From contig OX597818.1 in assembly GCA_951406725.2 (NCBI GenBank), positions 108,872,001-108,936,000 of the forward strand: DNA of 64,000 nt, read 5' to 3'. The DNA comes from Octopus vulgaris. Taxonomy: Eukaryota. The notes under the pieces were generated by a model. The model saw only the letters and a program-made list of their open reading frames with translations. It had not been told where the DNA came from and made no database searches. Of the stretch, positions 1 to 13,730 are shown one piece after another; position 1 is the stretch's first letter, and the number at the start of each line of letters is the position of its first letter. The translations under genes and the position numbers were made by a program.

Positions 1-19
1 AATGACAGAGGTGTTAGTC

Positions 20-893
20 ATCATCATCATCATCGTCGTCGTTTGATGTCCGCTTTCCATGCTGGCATGGGTTGGACAGTTTGACTGAAGACTGGCGAAC
101 CAGAAGGCTGCACCAGGCTCCAATCTGATCTGGCAGAGTTTCTACAGCTGGATGCCCTTCCTAACACCAACCACTCTGAGTGTATAGTGGGTGCTTTTAC
201 ATGCCACCAACACGAGGGCCAGTCAGGTGGTTCTGGCAACAACCACGCTCAAAATGTGTTTTCTATGTGCTACATGCACAGGAGCCAGTCCAGCGGCACT
301 GGCAATGTCCATGCTCAAATGTTGCTCTTCATGTGCCAGTAAGGCGACGCTCCAATGGTGCTTTATTGACATGACACTGGCACGGGAGCCAGTCAGCAGC
401 CCTGGCAACAATCACGCTCTGATGGTGCTTTTAACTTTCCACTGGCACAAGTGCCAATCAGGTGGTACTGTCATCAGCCACATCAGCGATTTTGATTTGT
501 TTTCATTTGCCTCAATAGGTCTTCGCAAGCAAAGTTCATTGCCCAATGAATGACGGGTACTCATAAGGGGCCTGGTAAACCCCCCAGATGTACAAGTGCC
601 AATCAGGTGGCACTGTCATTGGCTATGTCAGCAATTTTGATTTCACTTGCCTCAACAGCTCTCCGCAAGCAAAGTTTATTGCCCAATGAATGACGGGTAC
701 TCATAAGTGGGCTAGTTATACACCACTGGCATAGGTTATGGTCTCACTTGGCTTGTCGGGTTTTCTCCAGCACAGTATATCTCCAAAGGTCTCGGTCACT
801 TGTCATTGCCTTGGTAGGGCCCAATGTTCGAAGTCGTACTTCACCACCTCATCTCAGGTCTTCCTGGGTCTACCTCTTCCACAGGTTCCCTCA
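20..893 (-). mobile_element. RTE-clade LINE 3' end (ORF C-terminus, tandem-repeat 3' UTR, (GAT)n tail)
   Basis: Reverse complement of 750-893 reads EGTCGRGRPRKT*DEVVK...AMTSDRDLWRYTVLEKTRQAK (RTE GRGRPRKTW motif). About 65-bp repeats and a (CAT)n end on +. Internal duplication 445-570/592-710. Confidence 0.85.
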
Positions 894-1327
894 AATATTT
901 ATTGTAGTAGTGGTATTAAGAAGAAGACACAGACTAAGAGAGAGCATCTATTAACTCATGGTAGGTTGTTGTAGTATAACATAGATCATACTTAATTCTA
1001 AAGACCTTTGATTTATGATATTCCAGCCATGCTGTATCTGTCCATATTACCCATATATCTTTTCATTTTTAAGACAATAGTGAGTTACAGGAGGTTTGGC
1101 TGCTATATTTAACAAGTTGAGCAACTTCACAGAGATTCGATTAGTTGGTGCTGATGTTGCTATTACTGGTCAATGGAGGTGGTATGGATGGTGATGAAAC
1201 GGGGGTCAAATTATCGCCAAACAACAATCCAACAGCTATAAAGTGTTTCTTTCATGAAATATCAAATCATTGTAAAAATAAGAACTATTTCTATCGTTGA
1301 TGGTGGAGGCTGTTGTGACTGTATGCC

Positions 1328-1715
1328 TCACTGGCACTTGTGCCCCGTGCTAAGAGCACCATCCGAGCGTGATCGTTGCCAGAGCGGCTATCTGGCTTCC
1401 GTGCCGGTGGCACGTAAAAGGCACCATTTGAGCGTGATCACTACCAGCATCGCCTTATTGGCACCTGTGCCGGTGGCATGTGTAAAAAGATTCAAGCGAG
1501 GTCGTTGCCAGTATTGCCTGATTGGCTCCCGTGCCGGTGGCATGTAAAAGCACCCACTACACTCTCAGAGTGGTTGGCGTTAGGAATGGCATCCAGCTGT
1601 AGAAACTCTGCCAGATCAAGATTGGAGCCTGGTGCAGCCATCTGGTTCGCCAGACCTCAGTCAAATCGTCCAACCCATGCTAGCATGGAAAGCAGACGTT
1701 AAATGATGATGATGA
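1328..1715 (+). mobile_element. RTE LINE 3' UTR copy with about 65-bp tandem units
   Basis: gtgccggtggca units at 1401, 1467 and 1531; tail ccaacccatgctagcatggaaagcagacgttaaatgatgatgatga matches the reverse complement of 20-200. Confidence 0.85.
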
Positions 1716-2029
1716 ATGGTGGCTGTTGTTTAATCCTCTGTCAGCCCTGATCAAGCAGCAAAAGTGTTCGAACAAAACCCAGGCAAAGCTGTGTGGTAAA
1801 ACATTTCCTTTCCAACCACATGGTTCTGGGTTCAATGCCTTTTGGGCAAGTGTCTTCTACTATAGCCTCATGCCAACTGAAGCCGTGTGAGCAGATTTGA
1901 CAGACATAGACTGAAAGAAGCCTATCTTATATGTCTGTGTGTCTGTGTTTGTCTTCCACCACTGCTTGACAAGTGGTGTTAGTGTGTCTACATCTCCGTA
2001 ACTTGGCACTCAAACTTGCTGCAAATGTT

Positions 2030-2300
2030 TAGACCTTACAGTCAATGACGATCTCTCTTCAACATGTCAAAGACTTCATTACAAAGGTTGACGTACCTCT
2101 TCAGATCCAGAAAATATTCCAACCTCCAACAACAACAACAAACCCTCTACAAAGCTCAGATTGGAGTTCTACACATAGACATTCCTAAACTACATCCAAA
2201 GAAAGCCGTCCATGTTATTGGTATGAAGTTGTACACCAACACACTCCAAATCTTCTATCTCCTCTATAACAACACACCTGGGCCTGACCTTCCATCAAAC
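2030..2300 (+). mobile_element. Decayed LINE post-RT fragment (CR1/Jockey group)
   Basis: LTYLFRSRKY...TLYKAQI resembles the LFRARKYF...LLTLYKAQVRP LINE motif. Confidence 0.45.
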
Positions 2301-5300
2301 TTGAACCTCTGAACACCTGGCATAGAACCATCACCCCCTCCTCTCTTTCTGGTGAAGAAAGCTTTTTCTTTTTCTCTTCTTCCATCTTGTTTTGCAAGTT
2401 ACATGGCAACATCACTATGTTGGTGGCATGAAAAAGCACCCAGTCCATTTTTTGAAGTGGCTGGCATAAGGAAGGACATCCAGCGAGAGAAACCATGCAA
2501 AAGCAGACGGCGTGGCTTGATGCAGCTCACTGGATTCTATCAAACTGTCCAACCTGAGCCAACATGAAAAACAGACGTTAAATGATGAGGATAATGTGAT
2601 ATCATCTTGATGCTTTTCCCACTTTGCACCACAAGAAGTTGGAAGCTCTGAGAATTCATTACAATTGAACATGATTGCAAAGAATTATAACACCTACCAG
2701 TTATTGCCAAATTTTTGACTTTTGAATAATTTATGTGCGTGTGTGTGTGTGAGAGAGAGAGAGTGTGTGTGTGTGTGAAAATTTCATTGTTTTACACCAG
2801 ACATACATTTTAACTTTAAACAAGCAGAAAAACACAAATAATATTGTTTTTCTGTTTATTGATAATATAGGTGTTATATAGTTAAGAATAGTGTGGTTTG
2901 AAGAAAACTTAGCTGTTACTTCTAACGAGTCAAGTGACAGCAAAAAGGCTCCCTCGCTGGATTGTACCAGTGATAGCAGTTGGAGTGAGTCCTGCAATCA
3001 CAGAGTAAAGAGAAGAATTCTTCTCTTCTTTCATGGTACTCAGACATCGGAAACAAAGATGAGATGTGAGAAAGTACAGTCAATAAGAAGAGATGAAGCT
3101 GCACCAACCCCACAGATTTAAACATGGGGATGCACACCAAAGTTCCTATCATCTCTGATGATCCTGAGAGTTGTGAGCAATAAGGACCGTGTCCTTCTAG
3201 CTCAATTCTTCTCACAAACTTGCTGAAGGCTACCACCACTGACAAACAACATTAACAAGAACTACTTAATCCTGGCATGAAGTTGCTTCTGTACCAGCAC
3301 TGGCACCATCATTAAGACTCAGTTTTAGTGTAGAATCTGTTACTTTAATACTAAACATGGCTACCATTTTCTCTGAAAATGGATTTTTTTCTACTTAAAA
3401 TTTTTGTCTTTCTTGATATTTTAATTCATTCCCATTCACCTGGTACAACCTGTATACTTATTTTTTGTTCTCTTGTCTTGGTTCAAAACCAGTCCTAACT
3501 ACTCATTCACTATTTTCATTATATTTGCTTTGAATGTATGGCAGGTGGAACACTAGGGTGGTGGTGGCAAGAGACCAGTGTCATTATAACTGCATCCGGA
3601 ACACTGTGGCTTTTGCATAAAGTGATGACATAGCAAAGAGATGATTCTTTGGTGTTGAAATAAAATGCACTGAGTACATTCTACAAAGTAGTTGGCCTTT
3701 AGAAGGCCGTCCAGCTGGGGAAACAATAATAGAAATAAAATGTATCAGGAAGGCATGACTCTCCAGCCTGTCTAAGAAGGCAGTTGCTCCAAATAAGAAC
3801 TGACTTAAACTGTGACAATCCAACCAACCAATTCTAACAAAAATGAGGATGATGATGACAAAGACACACACACACATGCATGCATGCACATGCACACAGA
3901 GCTTAATAAGGGTGTCTTTGCTCTCAGAATTCCATACATAGACCAAATAATGAATGCTGAATACAAAAATAGAAGGCAAGAAGTAGCACAGTCTGAGAGA
4001 GAAACAACAGCACATCATCTCAACAAACGAGAAGGAATTGGATGGACTTTGAAGAAGAGCTGGCAGAACCAATGTGAATGTCAACTCAAATTGCAACTGC
4101 CGAGATTTGTGAATGCAATGCTGCTGGGTCAAACGAGAGAAGTGAAACAGGGGAAGAAGTAGTTACAAAGTGGTTCAGCTATATTTGGTGATGCAAGGGA
4201 AATTTACGACCAGTGAATAAGAGGAATGTAAAGAGGGAAAGCATGGAAACAGTGAGATGTGCAAATGTGTATATCTATCTCATTGTGCGTGCATGTGTAT
4301 CTGTATATACTTGATTATGAAGATGTGTGTGTGTGTGTGTGTGTATACAGCAAATCACACCCAAGTTGAATAATTGCTTTATTCATTTCTAGTTGTTTAC
4401 AAATATTATTTCTCATTGCAACTAGTAATGAATGCAGGACCAAGCTAAACCATTTACATAGGTTACCTTTACTATATATTATCTTCTGGATTCAAATTTT
4501 TTTTTTTTTTTTCAGGCTTGACTTTTGATTTCTCTTCTTGCCTGGTTAATAAAGTGAATATCAATAATATATATAGTGAAACCAAGTCAATTGGCAAAGA
4601 CTTTTATGCTTCTGATCAAATAAAGAACTCTTTCGCCCACATCTGATGGCATCTATTACAGGCACGACTGAGATATACCGGAGTCTATTCAAGAACAAGA
4701 ATGTGTAGCGAATGAAGAACACAATGCAATAAGCTATAGTGCCATATTACTTAAACACAATATGCATCCAAAGCTTTATTAGAACACACTGACAAATGAA
4801 AAGTTAAGTTGACTTTGGTGAAATTGAACACTGAAGCATATGCACAAAAGTTAATATTGGTAAGTATATCAATTCAGGCTCTTGGCTAATAACAGCGAAA
4901 TCAATAAATATCAATACATTTTTCTCAGCTTGCAACAACCTCCTTCATCATCAAGACTATTTTTCTCTTTACACTTTAATATAAATATTGTTATTATTAT
5001 TTTTTGGAAGGAAGAATTTTTTTATTTGTTAGGAAGTGTATTTCGAATCATATATACAGTTCATTATTCATAATATAAAATATCAAAGGGTGTAAAAGAC
5101 TGCAAACAGAAATTATGTTCTATCATATCAAAAGTTGAAAACTTATTTGTAACACAAAGTCTTGATATTTTTCATCAATATTTTTTTTTTTAATATTTGT
5201 GTAAGGTTTCAACTGCAGAATCCAAATTAACCATTTAATTCTTTAACTACAGGCAAAGCGCACACAAAGGTTATTATTTTGAAGCTAGTTTAAGAATAAC

Positions 5301-5413
5301 AACTGATGGAGTGGCTCAACACTAAGAATAGATGGGGTTGATGTAATAAACTGTCCCTCCCCTCAAAAATCTGTGGATCCTATGCCAATATTGGAAACAA
5401 TTATTATTATTAT

Positions 5414-5981
5414 TGAGTGAAAGACCAGTGCATGCCATCAATGTGACACTGGGGTAAAATATACGAAGCCCAGTATACCCATCATGACTACCCGTCTAAT
5501 AAGGGTACACCAGGCACATGCATCACATGTGTGACATGGTGATCTCATATCAAGATAAACAGCACATGACCTTGCAGGTGGGGCCCAGTTAGAATTTTCT
5601 TCTGGTCAAGTAACTCATCCCACTCAAAAGGTCCCTGAATAAGTGTTGCTTAAGGATGTTGAATGAAACACTCATGTTTCCAGAGGTGAATTATTCAAAC
5701 CCCAAAGAATTCCTCTCAACACATGGCCAAGATGCTCCCCACTACTTCTGCTCATGATCAGAGATGCACATATCATCAGCCACTAAGGGACATGCTCAAC
5801 TGGTTATGGTCAAACAACTGACAAGCAAATCTGTAGTATTGAGCAGAATATTTGCTGTAGCCCATCTTTTATACCAAGACAAAACAAAGTACTAGATAAC
5901 ACTTCCAATCACTTAAGATCAGCAGCCATGAGAGCCACTTTCTGGTACTGCATTAGGGCATGTATTATTATTATAATTATT
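5414..5981 (-). mobile_element. About 570-bp non-coding element embedded in (TAA)n, probably a non-autonomous retroelement
   Basis: Sharp boundaries with (tta)n runs on both sides; no ORF. Strand and R4/Dong dependence are inferred. Confidence 0.55.
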
Positions 5982-6699
5982 ATTATTATTATTATTATTA
6001 AGACTGGCAGAAATGTTAGCACAGTGGGCAAAATGCATAGCAGCATTTCATCCATAATCACGTTCCGGGTTCAAATTCTGCTGAAGTCTACTTTGCTTTT
6101 AATCTTTTCAGGGTCGATAAAATAAGTACCAGATGAATAGTGGGGTCAATGCAATTGTCTTACCTCCCCTCCCCCAATCCCTAGCTTTGTACCAAAATTT
6201 GATATCACCATTGTTGTTGTTGTTTTCTGTGTTGCAGTCGGGAGAGGTGTCAGACAGGTGGAGACTGGCTATTTCAAACAAATATCCCAGGCACAAGTTA
6301 AAACAGTTTATAAATACATAATGAAGGATATCTTCAAAACCCCTCCGCCCCCACCCCAACAGGAGGAAAGGAAACAACATTCCAATGATAATTAAGATAA
6401 TTCTCGTTAATCTTGACACAAGGTCAGCAATTATTTTCAAGAGAGGGGAGAGTCATGTCAATCAAACCAGTGTCCAACTGATACTTATTTTGTTGACGAG
6501 ATAAGACGCAGGATAAAGTGAAGCTGAGGGGTTCTTGAGCCCAGGGCATAAAGAGCTGGAAGAGATGCCACGAAGCATTTCTTTGTCCAGTACAAGAACC
6601 AATCAACCAGCTGACAACCTTAATTATAGTTATAATAATGATAATGAATACATAAAACAGAAATTTAGAAGAGGAAGAGGGGAGGTGAAGACAAGGAGA

Positions 6700-7010
6700 A
6701 GATGAAGCAGTTGAATCTAGAAGCAACATTAGATCCAAAAGTTTAATTAGAAGATCACTCACATGCTGTCAACTTTTAAACATACCACCTTCAAAAACAT
6801 TAGCGAAAACATTCTATTTGTCCAGTCTGATATTAAGAGGTCCTCAACTGTTCAACTGCCTATCTTAAATTAGAAATATGAAAGGGACCTCTACTAAAGC
6901 ATTAAGAAAAAAAAAAAAAACATTAGATAAACTTCTAATGACGATATCTGAGCAACCAACCATTCAAGGATTCACTCAGTGAAGATCAGCTGCTTAAAAC
7001 TCAATTATAG
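6700..7010 (+). mobile_element. Decayed CR1/Crack-like LINE 3' fragment
   Basis: RGPQLFNCL..IRNMKG...LDKLLMTISEQPTIQGF...RSAA.NS resembles the GPxLFNxLP...LDxxL..IPDQP C-terminal motif; contains stops. Confidence 0.55.
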
Positions 7011-10000
7011 GCCAACTTCCAACCATAAAGTGACTACAAACCTGATAGAAAATAAATTGAAGTGGTGTTTTAGCATGATCACAGTCCTAGAACTGAAACC
7101 ATTAAAAGAATAAAAGAACACACAACAAGTACAACGGCTCAATATTGCACATATTAAACTGATACATGATGGACATAGCCACTCCTAGCTTAGAGATTTG
7201 AGTTGTAAGAACAAACAAATAACCAACAAAGGTGACATCACCAACCCAGCTGAAGTTTACCAAATTTGATCAGAAACTGACTTTCAACCATGTAATCAAT
7301 TTAATATTATTATTTTTTCTTTCGTTTTATATTTAATATGAAGATTACCTATCCACCATGAAGAAGATCAACAGGTGCTTAAGAATTTTTAAATATTGGT
7401 CTGGAACACAACTCATCTATTGAAAATATCTGAGACAGTAATTCTGTTTTAGACGCCTTCAGGAATCTGTTGGGTGAAGTCTTCCACATAAATATTTTGG
7501 TTAGCACATTGCCAGATTAGATTACTTCCCACGTGTGAGATTGATTAAGTTATGCACTGTTTGGCCACCTTTAAAATCAACTCACATTAAGCCAATCAAA
7601 GAACAGCTGAAAATATCATGAGACCCAAGAAAACATGTCAATATTTAAATGAATGCATCTTTGAAGAGTTACAACACTGGACTGAATAATATTGAACACT
7701 TGGCAAGAAATCAGACTGCATGGCACTCAACATTAATGACAGCAAAACTGTGTAGAGTCAGCATGCATTTAGGGGAGAAACGTAAGCTGAGCCCAATAGC
7801 ATAAACACATCCAGTAGCTAGCTTCCTCTGACGCAATCATCCCTTGATGGACGTATAAGATATGTAATCAAGTATAATTGATCAACAAAATTGATAGAAC
7901 AATCCAGTTCACCTCTCTGAGAATGACACATCATTATAGAGTGTAATGGAGCTGAAAATGAAAGTGAAAGTGAAAACACAGCTAAGAGGCATTTAGAGGA
8001 CTATCTGTGCCATCTCTTCCATTGCCACCATCAGCCAAACGAACAACAGTGACAATTTTTAAATAAGAAGCTTTAAACTAACAGCCACTAGCCACAACAA
8101 TCATGTTCTTTGTACATGCATGTGTACACAGAGCTAAATACACAGAAGGCTACACTGCGAAATCATGTTTATAAATTGAGTCCTCTTAGACAGGCAAAAT
8201 GTAAACTTAATGGTTGAAGTATTTCCCAGATATGTAGCTCTGGCTATAATATAGACAAACACGAAGTGAAAAGGTGGACTTCTAAGTGGTTGCTCGATCT
8301 CCTAGAAACAGCAGCCAAAAAGCACTCGAATTACATTGCACTGTTATATAAAAGAATGCAACAATGGGTTTAAGGAATAAAAAGGGATGGTCATGACAGG
8401 AATGTCCATAATCACAGGCCTGTTCATTTCAGGTTGTTCAACATAGACTGTCACTTACAAAAATCTGAGCCTGGTGCAGCTGCTGGCTCTCTAGACCTCA
8501 GTCAAACCGTCCAACCTGGAAAAGGAACATTAAACGATGATGATGATGATGTTGTTAGTGACACACAGACACAATGCAGTGTTAGCATCGTGGTAACACA
8601 CATTTCCTTGCTTATATGTTTGACCATGTCTTTTTGATTTGGGGGTTTGGAGGGATTGAGACTGTTAGTTTCTCCCACCCCAGCCCTTTTTCTCTTTCCT
8701 GACCCTTCACTCTGCCCTTTTTGGATGCTTTCTGGTCATCACTGGCAACCTCGTCATTCAACGAACTGGAGAATATAGAGGCTGCGCTTGTATTTTCAAG
8801 CATTTCTTCTTGGTAGAGACACCACTTCAAGTACATGAAACAGAAATATTAGGAAATGCCATAAAGATCTTCAGGTACAACAAACAACCCAGATCTCTAG
8901 CAGTGATGACACTGTCTGGTTCCACAAGAAATGAATTCAAGTCTTATGACATCTTCATAGTTCTTCCATCATTGATAGCATTCGGGCCCCTTTCTGTGGG
9001 CCTCTGCATTGGTGACTGCATTTGGTCACCTGTCATTTCATTACTGAAGATAAAACATTTACCAATTAGATATTGCAACTTTCAGTACTTGTAGAGAATT
9101 ATCCATTTTGACAGGAATTGTCATCACCCCAGGATGTATGAAAATGGTTCATTTTGTAATGGATTCTAGTGTTCCTTCAAGTAAACAGGACATCCATTGA
9201 TTAGCTGTGCAGGTAAATGATAGAATCTTCTTTGTTTTTGTAATGCCATTTCCAGTTGTTGTTGCAAATGGCAGTGTCAGTTTTTATCTGCCTATAAAGA
9301 GAGGCATTAATGTGGTGGTGGTCACTGTGAGAGAGACATCAATGCTGTCAGCTGTCATGCTGGCAACGCAGATTACTATTGCCGTTGTGTTATTGTCCTT
9401 TTTAACTATTGCGGCGGCGTTACCACTAGTCCATGGCCCTTACTGGAATCTATCTTCATTTTCTAGATGAAATTATGGATTTAAAAAAAATATAAATGTT
9501 TAACTAAGAAACCACCCTGGAGTAGAAAAACTACAATTCTGAGTTACAGTTCAGTTTCTTTACAAAACTGTTAATAAAAAATACTGTGTACAGATCCTTT
9601 TTAGGGCAAGAGCAACAAAATCTTGGTTTTTAGTGTGTGTGTATGTGTGTATGAGAGAGAGAGAGAGGATATTGCAAGGGACCAAAGCTACAACTTTTGC
9701 TGCCAGCCTTCCTTTTCTAATCTATTACACCAATGACCTTTCTCTCAAAGTAACTCATACTATCTTTCATCTCTTGTCCCTCACATTCCACACCTCACTC
9801 TACATCTCTCATTTACTATAATCACCTTGTCATCTACTTCCTGTCTCCACCTTCTATAGCCTTTTCACTTACCCCCTTTCTTTACACCTCCACTGGCCAT
9901 TACATTACTTTCTGCTACTCTGTCAATGTATATTTGTTCAAAACTTTAGACTTTTTCACTGCTCATGACAAACATAAGAATTAACAAAGTTTAATAAATC

Positions 10001-11403
10001 TCTTGACATCACCTATTTCTCAAACGTTTCGGCATTTCCAAAACAAGGCAACTGAAGCTGGCTCCATTATAATGTTTATGACAAGACTGATCAATTACCT
10101 TAAAGATTTCTGAAAGCAATCACGTAAATACACAAGAAATAATGTATATAAACATCAGGTTTTCAATCACATAAATTCACATCTTCAATGATTATCCAAT
10201 TTAAAAGTACTGTAATCTTTTAGTATTTTTAGCATCAGTTAATACTGCCATTTCAAGCCTCCTCTATCATATATCCTTATTTTATATTTACAAAATAATG
10301 GCTTCTAATGGCCTTTTGTTACCCAGCTAATTTTACATAGAAATGAAATATAAAATATATATATATATATATATAAAACTAAAATGCCTGTGGACCATTT
10401 TACATCAAAAGATATGTGTGGCATGAAATTTTATTATTTTTAGGGTTAGGGTATCAAGCAAAAGAAACAAGGGAATGTAAGAGTGAAAAGTGTTTCTCAG
10501 CCCATCCAGGCGTGCAGTGACTCCAGACAAGAACTGACTCACACTATTTTGACCCTGACAACTCATGGGAATGTGGACATATGGATGATGATGATGATGG
10601 AGAGCTAAATCAGATTGGAGTCTGGTGCAGCTCGCCAGCTCTGGTCAAACTATCCAACCGATGCCAGCATGGATAATGGACATTAAATGATGATGATGAT
10701 AGTGATTTTGTATTTAAAAGAAAATGCTAGTGAAACATGCTTGAAAACTATAGAAACGAAACATAGATTGTGTCATTTTGAATCAAGGATTAATATTTCA
10801 TCAAGGGTTGTACTCTATCTCTATCTCATGTTATACTCTTTAGTACAGGTCCTGTGAGAAAATTTATCCCTGCTCCTAAATATGTAATGCTCACAGAAGA
10901 ATATGATTAAGGCTGAATGGTTGTTAGTCAAAACAGAACAAAGGGAGAGAAAAGTAATTAAACCAATGAATAATAAGCTTAAAAGACTGAATCAGATGTC
11001 TGCACATGAAGATGAGAGGAAAGATTTTGAATCTGCAAAAGAAGATAGAGAAACCAGGCTCGGCCAAGTGGCTGAAATTCCAGAGTGAGGAGGCTGAGGC
11101 AGAATTCTAATGCACAGAATAATCAGGTTTCAACTGAAACTCCAGAGATAAGAGACTGAAGCAACTCTCTTAAGCAAGAGAGCCAAGAGGAAATGGAAGC
11201 AATATTAGGAAATGCAGCGTTTTTGCAGCCGGTTAGCCTTCAGCTTACAAAGCTCACACAAAAGTAGAGGCCAAGTTCCATAATGACAGTAAAACAGAGA
11301 AATTGAAGAACCACTCAGAAAAGGAGGTACATGTCTGTTAAAGGGCTAATAATGAATGCTACTAATGGGCCCTTCCAGAAGCCCCTAATGTATCCCCCTA
11401 TAC

Positions 11404-11641
11404 CATTAGTTCTCAACCAAGGTCCATTTAAGATCTTGTTGGTAAAATTAATCTGCCTGAAAATGGCAACATTTCTATGATAGATAAACTGTTTTAACAA
11501 TTTTCTAATAATTCCCAATAATATCTAATCATAAAAATACAATAATATGATTCTTTTTAAACACTGAATGGCTAGGAGGGTCCATCCGAATAAAAGAGGA
11601 ACCAAAGGGGTCCATAGGTAACAGATGGTTGGGAAACACTG
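11404..11641. mobile_element. Old hAT-type MITE
   Basis: Imperfect TIRs cattagttctcaacc / ggttgggaaacactg; flanking 8-mers only 5/8 identical. Confidence 0.5.
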
Positions 11642-12682
11642 ATCTATCCTTCCCCAAAATAATACACAGAATCTCTTTGCCTCTGGTCATTGCTACAATC
11701 GCTATCAATGGCTGACTGAATGAAGGTTTTGACGCTGCTTTGAGGGGAAAGTAGAGCTTGCTTTTGCTGCTTACTCTTTCACCAAAGATAGTCAACAACT
11801 TTGATATTTCATGAACAGGAAAGAGTTTTTTTGGACAACTAAAAGAAGCATTGCCCAGAGAGCAGCATTTCTCCCAGCAGTAGCAGCAGCAGCAGTAGTA
11901 GTAGTAGTAATAGTAATGGCCATAAAAATAATATAGGCTAGTGTTTTTAATAATACTAGTACTAATAAAAAAAATAATATTTCCTTGTGATTATGAAAAA
12001 AAGTAGCAAAACAGAATCAGAAAATAAAGAAGGGAGAAAAAAAATCAAATTAAAAAAAAAAATCTATTTGCCAGATCAGAGGCAAGAGAAATACTTTGAA
12101 TGGTGTTTATATAAACAGTTTATAGCCTACTTGTGTATATTTAGTTAAGGAAACAATATTTACTGCTAAAAGCCATTAAATATGTACAGCCTGGTTAGCA
12201 ACAACAGATTTTCTTGTTTTACATTTGATGCAAAACACTGCGTTGTTGGTTGATGGTGTGCTCTATAATCTAGATAGATGTTCAGCTGGTGTGGAAGATG
12301 ATTATTAGGAGAAAGAAGGGAGAGGCTGAGGGGGTCCTTCCCCCCCCTTGTTTTTGTTTTTATGTTTTGTGGGTTTTTTTAAAGGCTGGCTAGTTGGAGG
12401 AGAAGGAGGAGGGAGGTGATGTGCACAGCAGGGGGGGGGGGAGAAAGAAGGAGAAACGGTAGGGAGGGGAGATGACAGTTTGGGGAGTTGAGTTTGTAAG
12501 AATGGAAGGGGGTGGAGGAGAAGGAGGACATCATGTTATGGAGTTGTGATAGGTGAGGGGGGAAGAAGCAATGTAGGTGGCTGGTATAGAATGTGTTTGG
12601 GTGGGAGAGGGAGAAGGTGAAGAGGATAAGAGGGTGCATGATGTGGCAAGAAAGAAGGGTCTTAGAAGAAGGGGTCATAGAG

Positions 12683-12685
<3 letters not shown>

Positions 12686-12748
<63 letters not shown>
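12686..12748 (+). repeat. (GA)n microsatellite in a purine-rich tract (about 12380-12750)
   Basis: Directly visible. Confidence 0.97.
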
Positions 12749-12753
<5 letters not shown>

Positions 12754-13730
12754 AAATACTCATAGAAAGTGACATAGCTCAGCAGTTTCTGAAGCACCAA
12801 TGTTGTTTCTGAACACAACTACAAGAAATGATGTTTCAAGGAATAGAATAGAATTAAAAAAAAAAAAAAGAGAAACAAAGAAAATGCTTTTCTACAATAG
12901 TATAAATGGGTTGGATAATTGTTCAAATGTTGGGTTTGCAAGAACAGCAACTTAACTTACTGTGAAGAAAGGAAGGAGTTATTTAACAACGGTGAGCATT
13001 AATGGAAGGGGTAAAGGTTCATTTAAAGGGAGTCTAGCATAATGGGGTTGTTCAATATAGTTGATAGAATGTATATTTTGTTGTTTAACCCACAAAACCA
13101 GCTTTGACTTAGCAGATTTACTATCAATAAAGAAACACAGAGCATCTCAAAATAAATACAGTAACAAAAGGGTTAACCCCCAAAACCAGCTTTGACTTAG
13201 CAGATTTACTATCAATGGTACCTTAACCATGACAGTCCTGTCTCCTGGACTGAATTATCCAATGCCCATCCTTTTTTAAAGTATAAATTATTATAAAGGA
13301 GATTTGACTACTATTTCAAGCAGGTTGAGAGATCATTTAAAAACTCTCGTATTAGCTCCCTGACTACACAGAAACTTGTCCTTTACTTGGGATATTAGGG
13401 TGTAAATTTTGGGGTGATTCAGCTGCTATTTCTAGCAGACTGAATGATTTTGTAGGGGCCTCATTAATGAATTAATGTATGTTTAACTAGAATTTTAAGG
13501 TAAAGTAGGAAGATGAAAACATTTTGTTCTCATCTTCCTACTTTGCACAACACAAGAAAATTTAATAAGTATGATTAGGATGCAATCTCAAAACAGAAGT
13601 TATTGTAGAACTACTCCAAGAAATAGGGCCAAGAAGTTGGAGTCATTTTTTAGTCAGAAATGTAATAGACTGACCTTCTTTAGGAATATAACGGAATTTG
13701 GAGTAAAGATTATTTGCCATGGCAGTCCTA

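Noticed and set aside
190-720. Regularly spaced repeats resembling a CRISPR array
   Set aside because: Units are degenerate along their whole length, lack unique spacers, belong to an RTE 3' UTR, and there are no cas genes; the DNA is eukaryotic.
3584-4162. Overlapping 182-aa and 116-aa ORFs
   Set aside because: No recognisable domain; they include simple repeats and have no splice support.
10015-10065. ccGAAACg on the minus strand as a possible hammerhead half
   Set aside because: No CUGANGA core or stem I nearby.
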